Source: Thermofilaceae archaeon
Lineage (GTDB): Archaea; Thermoproteota; Thermoprotei; Thermofilales; Thermofilaceae
Assembly: GCA_038727095.1 (NCBI GenBank)
Contig: JAVYWK010000017.1
Span: 1 to 42,808 of the forward strand
Length of the DNA stretch: 42,808 nt
Direction: 5' to 3'
In this document: piece by piece, positions 9,847 to 17,714 of the stretch
How the letters are laid out: each line of letters begins with the position of its first letter
Position numbering within the stretch: the stretch's first letter is position 1
Position numbers and translations under genes: made by a program
Notes under the pieces: model-generated
Told to the model about the DNA's origin: nothing
The model's input: only the letters and a program-made list of their open reading frames with translations
The model's database searches: none

Positions 9847-9877
9847 CATATGTGCAGCACGGGGAGTTCTCCATCAT

Positions 9878-11293
9878 TCACCTCTGCCTGTTTAAAACTT
9901 GCTTGACGTACTCCCCCAGCAGCCGCTCAATTTCTTTATCCAGGGGTTCAACCACGTGCTGCTTGAGGAGTTCCTCCGCTCGCAACCTCGCCTCTTCAAC
10001 GAGGCTCTTACTCTTCCACCACCGCTCCCACCGTACTCTGCTGAGCAGCTTCGGTACGTAGTGCTCCCTTCTTACGTTCCTCACCGTGTGGAGTTTCGAT
10101 AGGAAAATGCCCCCAGGACCCACTTCCTCTATCACGTTGAGCGCGAGGGTCTCCTCGTTAACCTCTATCCCTCTCGCTGCTCTGGCTGCGATGCCGCAGA
10201 GCTCATCGTCGATCACGAGCTGCTCGAGGCTGGCTGCAAGGGTTGAGTCGAGGGAGCCGGCTGAGTCGTAGACGAAGTTGATCCCCGAGAGCGCGGCGAA
10301 GACTAGCGTGACAGCCTTCTCGAAGCCGGCTTGCAGATCGGGAAGCTTAGAGTCCGTCGTTCCCCCCGTCCCCCTGCTCGGTAAACCGTAGAAGCGCGCA
10401 AGCTGGGCTGTAGCCGCGTTGATCAGGCCGGCCTCCACGGCCCCCAACGCGATGTTCCCCGTCCTCATGTCCATTATAGTGGAGACCGTCCCAAAGAGCA
10501 CCGGCGTTCCCGGGTTCACGAGCTCTGCGATCGTGATCGCGCTGAGGATCTCAGCGTTCTGCTGGACTAGCAGCCCGGCGAGAGTCGCAGGGGCAGTTGC
10601 ACCCGCCTGGCACTCTGGAGCTACGATGATGGGCTGTCCGTGCTCCGCGAAGACTTCAAGCCCCTCTAGCAGCTCTCTGGAGTGCTGGAGTGGGCTCACA
10701 GGGTTGTAGAAGAAGAGCAGCATCGGCCTCCTCCTGAGCTCCTCCAGCCCTCCAGCCACGATTGCCGCCATCCTGATGCAGTCGAGCGCCTCCCTCCCGC
10801 TCCTGGCGTACGCGTCAACCGTCTTCACGGTGTTCTTGAACGCTGCTAGGAGGGAGTAAGCGTGCGCCGCGTGCTCGGGGACGTCGGAGGGGTGGACGAC
10901 CAGCGTCGCGTGGTGGACGTTCTCGAGCGCGTCAGTCAACCTGTAGAACCTCTCCACATCGCTGAGGGTGGACGGCCTCCTCTCCCCCGTGAGAGGGTCG
11001 ATCACGAAGACGGCTGTGCCCTGCGAAGAGAAGTGCGTGCGCTCCTCCTCGATGACGAGCTTGCTCCCCCTCCCGTAGAGAGTGAAGCTCCGGGGGGCCT
11101 TGCAAACCATATCCATGACCAGGTGCTCAGGTATGCGGACTACGGATGACCGCTGATTAACTTCGCAGCCCGCGTCAGCTAGCAGCTTTAACGCCCTCTC
11201 ATCGAGAACCCGGACGCCGACGCGCTCCAGAACCCCCATCGCCGCTTCGTGGATGGCGCGGCATTCCTCCCTCGCGAGAACCTCGAGTCGCAC
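9878..11293 (-). CDS. mttB: Trimethylamine methyltransferase (MttB) superfamily protein, non-pyrrolysine
   Basis: IHEAAMGVLERVGVRV, NPVSPLQ, GATAPATLAGLLVQQNAEIL, MDMRTG, TDSKLPDLQAGFEK, EQLVIDDE, VGPGGIFL. The ORF has no in-frame amber codon. Confidence 0.92.
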   Translation of the reverse strand: MRLEVLAREECRAIHEAAMGVLERVGVRVLDERALKLLADAGCEVNQRSSVVRIPEHLVMDMVCKAPRSFTLYGRGSKLVIEEERTHFSSQGTAVFVIDPLTGERRPSTLSDVERFYRLTDALENVHHATLVVHPSDVPEHAAHAYSLLAAFKNTVKTVDAYARSGREALDCIRMAAIVAGGLEELRRRPMLLFFYNPVSPLQHSRELLEGLEVFAEHGQPIIVAPECQAGATAPATLAGLLVQQNAEILSAITIAELVNPGTPVLFGTVSTIMDMRTGNIALGAVEAGLINAATAQLARFYGLPSRGTGGTTDSKLPDLQAGFEKAVTLVFAALSGINFVYDSAGSLDSTLAASLEQLVIDDELCGIAARAARGIEVNEETLALNVIEEVGPGGIFLSKLHTVRNVRREHYVPKLLSRVRWERWWKSKSLVEEARLRAEELLKQHVVEPLDKEIERLLGEYVKQVLNRQR

Positions 11294-11413
11294 GCACCCG
11301 AGCCGAACTGCCGGCGTTAAAGGTATCGCAGGCGAAGCAGTTGAAGGCGCGGGGTTAGCAAAGCAGGAGTGCGTTTTCGCCGCTCGGCTTTCTACGCGCG
11401 TATTACTTTCGCG

Positions 11414-11686
11414 CTACAAGTTGGAGGACAACCTCTCCAGCTTCCTGGCTGCGAGGCTTTCGATGATCCCCCCCGTTGATCGGAGAATCTCGTCTTCGTC
11501 TACGCCGGGCGGGAGGTTCGACGAGTACTTCTCCACGGGGTCCGCCTCCTCAAAGGGTTCGAGGATTATCCTTCCGCCCTCAACCGTGAGGAGGAGCAGC
11601 TTCCCCTCGATCAGCCCCAGCGCCCTCCTCGCTTCAGCGGGGAGCTTGATGACACCGCCCCTGTAAACCTTCACAACCTTAACCAT
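11414..11686 (-). CDS. AbrB/MazE/SpoVT-family DNA-binding protein (VapB-like antitoxin)
   Basis: From ATG 11686: MVKVVKVYRGGVIKLPAEARRALGLIEGKLLLLTVEGGRIILEP, a swapped-hairpin signature. Confidence 0.85.
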   Translation of the reverse strand: MVKVVKVYRGGVIKLPAEARRALGLIEGKLLLLTVEGGRIILEPFEEADPVEKYSSNLPPGVDEDEILRSTGGIIESLAARKLERLSSNL

Positions 11687-11723
11687 CAGTAACCTTAAGT
11701 AACCAGCGGTAATAACCCTACCG

Positions 11724-12188
11724 GTGATCCTGGGAGACACCGTCTGCGTCTGGGCCCTATACTTCAGAAACTCGGCCTACAGGGATCACGTGCTGCAGTT
11801 GAGGCGCGAACACGGGCTCGCCATCCCAGAGGTCTGCCTAATCGAGGCGGCCTACCCGATCTTCAAGGTAGGAGGAGTTCAGGAGCTCCTCAACTACGCG
11901 CGCTTCGTGAAGGGCCTGCTGCGGGCCCCCCGGATCCGGGTGGTCGAGTTCGAGCTGGCTGACATCGGGGTCGCCGCTAAGCTGGTGTCGGCAAACCCGC
12001 GCTTGTTCATCGATAGGAGCGGGAACTTGAACCTCTTCGACGCGCTTGTGGCTGCAGCGTGGCTGAGGACTGGTCTCACGCTAACCTCGAGTGACGAAGT
12101 CTTCCTGGAGCTGAGCGAGGCCGTTCCAGAGCTTAAGGGGAGGTTCATGAGGCTGGAGAAGCGGGGGACGGGCGGGTGTGGAAGTTGA
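11724..12188 (+). CDS. vapC: PIN-domain ribonuclease (VapC-like toxin)
   Basis: Acidic tetrad pattern: LGDT (D), CLIEA (E), LFDALVAA (D), SSDEVF (D). Confidence 0.8.
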   Translation: MILGDTVCVWALYFRNSAYRDHVLQLRREHGLAIPEVCLIEAAYPIFKVGGVQELLNYARFVKGLLRAPRIRVVEFELADIGVAAKLVSANPRLFIDRSGNLNLFDALVAAAWLRTGLTLTSSDEVFLELSEAVPELKGRFMRLEKRGTGGCGS

Positions 12189-13774
12189 GGTGGGTAGTTC
12201 TCCCCCTGCTCCTCTTTGTAATTGTTTCGCGGGGCACGGCATCGGGCGGTGAAGCGGCGATACGCATCCTCCCGGACGGCACGGTTGAGCCTCCCGGCGC
12301 GCCCATCAAGCGGGTGGGGGACGTCTACACGCTGCTGGAGGATGTCAGCGTGACCGGCGATGGAGTGCTCGTGATGAGGAGCGGCGCGGTGCTCGACGGT
12401 AACTGGAGGGTGCTGCAGGGTAACGGCTCTGGCAGGGGCGTGATCGTGAGAGCTCCGAACGTGACTGTGAAAAACCTGGTGGTTCGCGGCTTTGAGTACG
12501 GCGTATACGCTAGCGATGCCCCCGGCTGCTCGGTGCATAGCGTAGCGGTGGAGGGCGGCAGAGTGGGAATCGGCCTGTGGAGGTCGCCGGGCTGCACCGC
12601 CGCGAGCAACAGAGTCAGGTGGAGCATGGTGGGTCTCCACGTCGAGGAGTCCAGCAACTCCACAGTCATGGGGAACGCGTTCGAGGGGTGCGGCCTGTAC
12701 GTCAGGAGATCCTACGGCAACAAGGTGGAGAACAACACTGTGAACGGGAGGCCGCTCGTCTACCTGGAGGCTGCGAGCGGGGTTCAGGTCGGGGGGGCTG
12801 TCGGGCAGGTAATCCTCCTGCGCTGCGCGAACACCACCGTTAGCGTGAGCGCTGCACGGAGCACGGTGGGCGTGCTCATCTCGGAGTGCCGAGGCGCCGA
12901 GGTGGTCGACTGCGATTTGAGCGGCAACGTGGTGGGCATCGATGTCTGGGGGAGCAGTGGTGTTGCTATCCTGAGCTGCAGGGTGGCTGAGGGCGAGGTG
13001 GGAGTCAGAGTGCTCAACTCGAGTGGTGTCGTACTGCTGGGCTCAGCGCTGGGCGGCAGCAGCTTCTGCGTGTACGTGGATTCGAGCGGGGGAGTGGTCG
13101 TGGCGAACTCGACGGTCAAGGAGTGCTCACAGGCAGCAATCACCCTGAAGCGGTCTACTGGCTCCCTAGTAGGCAACATGGTGGCAGCGAGCGCGCGGGG
13201 CATCGTGCTGCAGGGATCGGAGGGGGTCAACGTGGAGGGGAACGCGATTTGGCGCAACGGGGCTGGCGTCGTGATTAACGAAACGCGGGGGTGCACGTTC
13301 ACTCGTAACGAGTTCGTCGAAAACGCCGTCCAGGTCGTCCTCCAAGCTGCGGGACCCAACACCTGGCAAGGCAACTTCTGGAGCGACCTGTGGGAGAGGG
13401 GCGTCACGCAGGGACCCTACGCGCTGGGTTCGGGGAACGTGGACGAAAGCCCTGCAACCGCCCCCTCTCGGGTGCTGCCCGTGAGGGTTGTAACGCCGGT
13501 CGGTTACGCCACAGGCTCGGGCTGGTACGAGAGGGGCAGCACCGCTAGAATCGGCGTTTGGCCTAGCAACCTACTGGTAGTACGCTTCCGCCAGTGGGTG
13601 GATCAAAGGGGGAGAGTGGTCGCCCATAACCCCATAGCTGAAGTGGTAGTGGACGAGCCGCTAGTGCTGAGCGCCGTCTGGTCGCTAGACCCCTCTTCAG
13701 CACTCATCATACTCTCTTCGATCTTAGCTCTAGCGATGCTTAGACGCCGGCTCCGCAGGCTCGAGGCGCATTAG
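12176..13774 (+). CDS. Secreted right-handed beta-helix (NosD/CASH-like) surface protein with C-terminal membrane anchor
   Basis: Signal peptide; IRILPDGTVEP; repeated G-I-x-L...S-S-N-x-T-V-x-x-N beta-helix turns; NTVNGRPLVYL; GNFWSD; GSGWY small beta domain; TM helix followed by RRRLRR. Confidence 0.85.
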   Translation: MWKLRWVVLPLLLFVIVSRGTASGGEAAIRILPDGTVEPPGAPIKRVGDVYTLLEDVSVTGDGVLVMRSGAVLDGNWRVLQGNGSGRGVIVRAPNVTVKNLVVRGFEYGVYASDAPGCSVHSVAVEGGRVGIGLWRSPGCTAASNRVRWSMVGLHVEESSNSTVMGNAFEGCGLYVRRSYGNKVENNTVNGRPLVYLEAASGVQVGGAVGQVILLRCANTTVSVSAARSTVGVLISECRGAEVVDCDLSGNVVGIDVWGSSGVAILSCRVAEGEVGVRVLNSSGVVLLGSALGGSSFCVYVDSSGGVVVANSTVKECSQAAITLKRSTGSLVGNMVAASARGIVLQGSEGVNVEGNAIWRNGAGVVINETRGCTFTRNEFVENAVQVVLQAAGPNTWQGNFWSDLWERGVTQGPYALGSGNVDESPATAPSRVLPVRVVTPVGYATGSGWYERGSTARIGVWPSNLLVVRFRQWVDQRGRVVAHNPIAEVVVDEPLVLSAVWSLDPSSALIILSSILALAMLRRRLRRLEAH

Positions 13775-13856
13775 AGCTCTGCTCAAAAGCCTCGAGCGTT
13801 AACTGTGTGCGACTAAACGGAAAAACCAGTTTTCTGACCGTGCTCAGGCAGATTCG

Positions 13857-14552
13857 TTAAAATGTCGGGTAGGCGGAGGGGGGAGGCGGCGGTGGGATGG
13901 GGTACTTTAGGTTAACGAACAGGGAGAGCGCTTTGAAGGTGAAAGCCATCGAGAAGACCCCGAGTATCGCTAAGCCAACCCACGGTATTAGCGAGCCTAT
14001 AGCGGCCACAATTGCGTTGAAAACTACCAGCATTATGAAGAAGATAATGTAATTGCCCAGCCCGAATGTCTTGACGAGATCCCAAGCCTCGCCGAATGCG
14101 AAGATCTTCCCGAAATCGCCTGTCCTCATGTATATCGAAAGAGCCGCAAGAGCGATGAAGAAGATGAGAATGAGAAGAATCACCGCAACCGTGATGAGCA
14201 AGAGGAAGAAGTCCCTAAGGACCCAGAATTCCCACCGGTATCCGGTGAAGGTTATTCCAGCTCCGATAGCTCCCACCGCAAGAAGGATAAGCGGTATGAA
14301 GGCGTAGATTAAAACCGCTATTACCAGCTTGAGGCCCTCCACGAAGAGGCCGCCGTAATCGCTCAGCTTAGGGGGCTCATCGTAGTCGTACCTGACGACT
14401 CTGGCGAAGTACCCTAAAACGATGAAGTTGATGATGGGGATCACGTTCAAGACGATGAGCAGCAGGAGGTTACCGATGTCGCGCGTCAGTTTAACCATGA
14501 AGCCGAAACTCCTCGAAGCTATCTCGCCTACATCCCTGGTTTGAATGCTCAC
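13857..14552 (-). CDS. DUF4013-like membrane protein
   Basis: IPIINFIVLGYFARVV...PPKLSDYGGLFVEGLK, typical of DUF4013; Pro-rich C-terminus. Confidence 0.75.
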   Translation of the reverse strand: MSIQTRDVGEIASRSFGFMVKLTRDIGNLLLLIVLNVIPIINFIVLGYFARVVRYDYDEPPKLSDYGGLFVEGLKLVIAVLIYAFIPLILLAVGAIGAGITFTGYRWEFWVLRDFFLLLITVAVILLILIFFIALAALSIYMRTGDFGKIFAFGEAWDLVKTFGLGNYIIFFIMLVVFNAIVAAIGSLIPWVGLAILGVFSMAFTFKALSLFVNLKYPIPPPPPPSAYPTF

Positions 14553-14609
14553 GATTTTTCTATGAAAAAACTCTGCTATTTAAGCATGTCTACATCGAAT
14601 TGATTCACA

Positions 14610-14635
14610 TAAAAGAAAAATAAATTTAAAACTTT
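14610..14635 (-). terminator. T-rich terminator after the GH31 gene
   Basis: The minus strand reads TTTTAAATTTATTTTTCTTTT just after the stop at 14641. Confidence 0.5.
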
Positions 14636-14640
14636 AACGG

Positions 14641-16839
14641 CTATCTTTTAAGATTTTTCAATTCGATTTTTGCCCCTTTGTAAATTACGCTCGCGTCTGG
14701 GTCCTTCACCTCTGCCAGTCCCACTCCCCTCCCCTCCTTGACGATTACAACGTTCAGCTTCAGCTCGGGCAGCTCGTAAGCCCCCCTCTTTTCACCCACG
14801 ATGAGACTAGCCTCGGGGTCGCGCCACGCGATGGAGACGAGCGCGTAAACGCCCTTCTCGTAATCGTAGGTTTCACCATCATCATCGTAGAGCTCGAAGC
14901 GCCCATCGCTACCCGGGTAGATTCTCAGCTCCAGCCTATCCACCCTCTCCATCGAAGACTGCAGGCCGGGGGGTGCCAAGGGGAGGATTGCGCCGGCTCT
15001 CACGAAGACCGGTATCCTGTCGAGGGGGCTCGGCACCCTCACGTACCTGCCCCCACTATATGATTCCCCCGTCCAGAAGTCGTACCAGAGCCCGCTCGGC
15101 AGGTAGACGTCCCTCTCGTAGGTGGAGGGTGTGGTCACCGGCGCGATCAAGAGGAAGGGCCCAAACATGAACTCGTCGTCGACTTCCAGCGCCTCGGGAT
15201 CGTCGGGGAAGTCCATCGCCAATTGCCTCATCATCGTGTAGCCCTCGCTGTGCACCTTCCATGCGAGCGAGTAGATGTAGGGTAGGAGCCTGTACCTGAG
15301 CTTGATGTAGTCCACCAGGATCCGCTCAACCTCCGGGCCAAAGCGCCACGGCTCCTTCGGGAAGTAGGTCCCGTGAACCCGGAAGATGGGACAGAAGACA
15401 CCCCACTGGAACCAGCGAACGAAGATCTCCCTGTACCCCTCGCTGTCCGGGCTACCGCTGAAGAAGCCGCCGATGTCCGTGCACCACCAGGGCAGCCCGC
15501 TCAAGCAGTAGTTGAGGCCCGCCCACACTTGAGCCCTGAGCGTCGTCCAGTCGCTCGTGATGTCGCCCGACCAGTTGATCACACCGTACCGCTGGATGCC
15601 GGCGAAGCCGGAGCGGGTGAGTATGAGGACTCGCTTGTTGCTCTCGCTCCTCTGCCCCTCGTAGACAGCCTTGGATTCCAGCAGCGGCCAGAGGTTCAGG
15701 TACTTGAACATCCTCCCCCCGTTGACCTTGAGCTCGCGCTGCCAGCTGGCGTAGACGAGCATCGGCTTCACCTCCGGCTCCGTTGCGTCGAGCCAGTAGC
15801 CGTCGATACCGATTCGGAAGAACGTGTCCCTGATCTTCTCCCAGAACCACCTTCGAGCGGCCTCACTGAACACGTTCACAAGCCCCGTGCCCGGCACCAG
15901 GTGGCCGAGCTCCTCAGCCTCCCTCCTGATCTCCGTCTCCTCCCCGAAGAACGGCCAGATCGAGATCGCGATCCTCGCGCCCAGCTCGTGGATTTCCTTC
16001 ACCATCTTCTCCGGGTCCGGGTAGTTCTTCTCGTCGAACTTGAACGCGTTCCACCCGTACCTGCCCCAGTACTGCCAGTCCTGCACGATTATGTCAAGTG
16101 GGATACCGCGCTTCCGGAACTCGCGCACCACCGATACGATCTCGTCCTGAGTCATGTAACGCTCCTTCGACTGCCAGAAGCCGAACGCGTACTTCGGCAG
16201 GAGGGGTGGAGCGCCGGTCAGCCAGCGGTAGCCCGCGATAACCCTGTCGAGGGAGGGGCCGAGGATGAAGAAGTAGTCGAGCGCGTCACCCGCCTCGAAC
16301 CATACTCTGAGCCTGCCACGCTTGAACTCGAGGACCCCCATCGAGTAGTTGTCCCACAGCAGGCCGTAACCCCTGCTGGAGACCATGAAGGGCACTGCGA
16401 TGTCCGTGTTCCGCTGCGCGAGGTAAACGACCCGGCCGGCGTAGTTCAAGCCCGTGTGAGCGCTGTAGCCGGCGTGCTGGCCCAAACCGAAGATCGCCTC
16501 TCTCTCCTCGAGGGAGAACTCCTGTTTGAGGCTGTTCGTCTCCTCGCCCAGCACCTTCACCCTCCTGAGCTCGCGGTCCCGCTCGAAGAGCGAGCCACCA
16601 CTCCACCTGAACTCAACGGTGCAGAACCTCCTGTCGAGGATCACCTCTAGCTCGCTGGTGCGCACCACCGTGCAATCATCAATCTCTTCGACCTTGAACG
16701 GGGTTGCGCCCGGGTCCCTCACCACGACGAAGCTGCGCGCCGGAGCTACACCGGGCGGAGAGTGGGTCACCCTCACGATGTTGGGGGCGTAAACCGTAAC
16801 GCGCGTAACGTACGGCCCCAGCTGGACTTCAACCGTCAT
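14641..16839 (-). CDS. GH31 alpha-xylosidase (XylS-like)
   Basis: GLGQH, GFWQSKERY, DIIVQDWQYW, catalytic region DGYWLDATEPE, WSGDI, DIGGF, FRVHG, YDDDG. The WLDATEPE form resembles alpha-xylosidases rather than WIDMNE glucosidases. Confidence 0.88.
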   Translation of the reverse strand: MTVEVQLGPYVTRVTVYAPNIVRVTHSPPGVAPARSFVVVRDPGATPFKVEEIDDCTVVRTSELEVILDRRFCTVEFRWSGGSLFERDRELRRVKVLGEETNSLKQEFSLEEREAIFGLGQHAGYSAHTGLNYAGRVVYLAQRNTDIAVPFMVSSRGYGLLWDNYSMGVLEFKRGRLRVWFEAGDALDYFFILGPSLDRVIAGYRWLTGAPPLLPKYAFGFWQSKERYMTQDEIVSVVREFRKRGIPLDIIVQDWQYWGRYGWNAFKFDEKNYPDPEKMVKEIHELGARIAISIWPFFGEETEIRREAEELGHLVPGTGLVNVFSEAARRWFWEKIRDTFFRIGIDGYWLDATEPEVKPMLVYASWQRELKVNGGRMFKYLNLWPLLESKAVYEGQRSESNKRVLILTRSGFAGIQRYGVINWSGDITSDWTTLRAQVWAGLNYCLSGLPWWCTDIGGFFSGSPDSEGYREIFVRWFQWGVFCPIFRVHGTYFPKEPWRFGPEVERILVDYIKLRYRLLPYIYSLAWKVHSEGYTMMRQLAMDFPDDPEALEVDDEFMFGPFLLIAPVTTPSTYERDVYLPSGLWYDFWTGESYSGGRYVRVPSPLDRIPVFVRAGAILPLAPPGLQSSMERVDRLELRIYPGSDGRFELYDDDGETYDYEKGVYALVSIAWRDPEASLIVGEKRGAYELPELKLNVVIVKEGRGVGLAEVKDPDASVIYKGAKIELKNLKR

Positions 16840-16877
16840 GCTCCTTCGCTCCTCTATCGCGGGGGCGTCAAAATCTC

Positions 16878-17684
16878 TTACTCTGGAGTGAGCTCACCCC
16901 GCTTCAGCCTGGCACGGTCACCGAGCTGCATTATCACGAGCTTCGCGCCGATGTTCCAGGCTGAGAGGATCAAGCCGAGCAGCCTTGGATCCTCGCGTGT
17001 CGCCTTCCAGATGTCGTAGTGGATCGGCACGACAGCCCGCGCCCTGAGGTCCTCGACTGCTTTCGCGGCTTCGCACACCGTCATGTAATCCCTACGCCCG
17101 CGCGCGGACCTGCCGATGCTGATGAAGGCCACGTCGATCGCGTAAAGATCGCCTATCTCGGCTAGACCGGGGAAGTACGGGGTATCCCCGCCGTGGAAGA
17201 GGCTGCCGCCGGGCGTTTCGAGCAGGTACGTGACAGCGCTCTCGGCGTTTCGATCATCGGAGGGGAAAACCCGTAGCGTGCAGTCGTTGATCTCCAGCGA
17301 GTCGCCGGGCTTCACTTCGACGACTGTGGCTTCCACCCCTTCCGCTCTCAGCCAACCCCTGACTCTGCCGACGGAGGAGTGAGGTCCGACGAAGGTGGCC
17401 CTCGTGCTCCTCAGGATAGGTACGACCGTGTCTCGGTGGCAGTGGTCGTCGTGCTCGTGCGTTGACAGCACCGCAGTCGCCTTCCTCACCTCCCTCGGGT
17501 CGATGGGCACGGCTATCATGCGCAGCCACTCCCTCGATGGAGAGCCGCCGAAGTAGGGGTCGATGTAGATCAGAGACTCGGCCGTTTTAACAGCTAAACC
17601 CGCACCGCCCAGGAACCAGATTGCAGCCTCACCGAGCGGCACCTCAAGCCCCTCTATTTCGTCTAAGAGCAGGCGCCGCCACAC
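16878..17684 (-). CDS. MBL-fold metallohydrolase, UlaG (L-ascorbate-6-phosphate lactonase)-like
   Basis: IWFLGGAG, IDPY, STHEHDDHC, FHGGDT, PIHYDIW motifs. Confidence 0.82.
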   Translation of the reverse strand: MWRRLLLDEIEGLEVPLGEAAIWFLGGAGLAVKTAESLIYIDPYFGGSPSREWLRMIAVPIDPREVRKATAVLSTHEHDDHCHRDTVVPILRSTRATFVGPHSSVGRVRGWLRAEGVEATVVEVKPGDSLEINDCTLRVFPSDDRNAESAVTYLLETPGGSLFHGGDTPYFPGLAEIGDLYAIDVAFISIGRSARGRRDYMTVCEAAKAVEDLRARAVVPIHYDIWKATREDPRLLGLILSAWNIGAKLVIMQLGDRARLKRGELTPE

Positions 17685-17714
17685 GGCGCTGTTATTGAGA
17701 AGCGAGAGAAATAC

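Noticed and set aside
9878-11293. Pyrrolysine recoding in mttB
   Set aside because: No in-frame TAG; the region before DSK reads GTGGTT, and no pyl genes are in the window.
11330-11410. GC-rich hairpin-like intergenic segment
   Set aside because: No tRNA cloverleaf, box motifs or riboswitch consensus recognisable.
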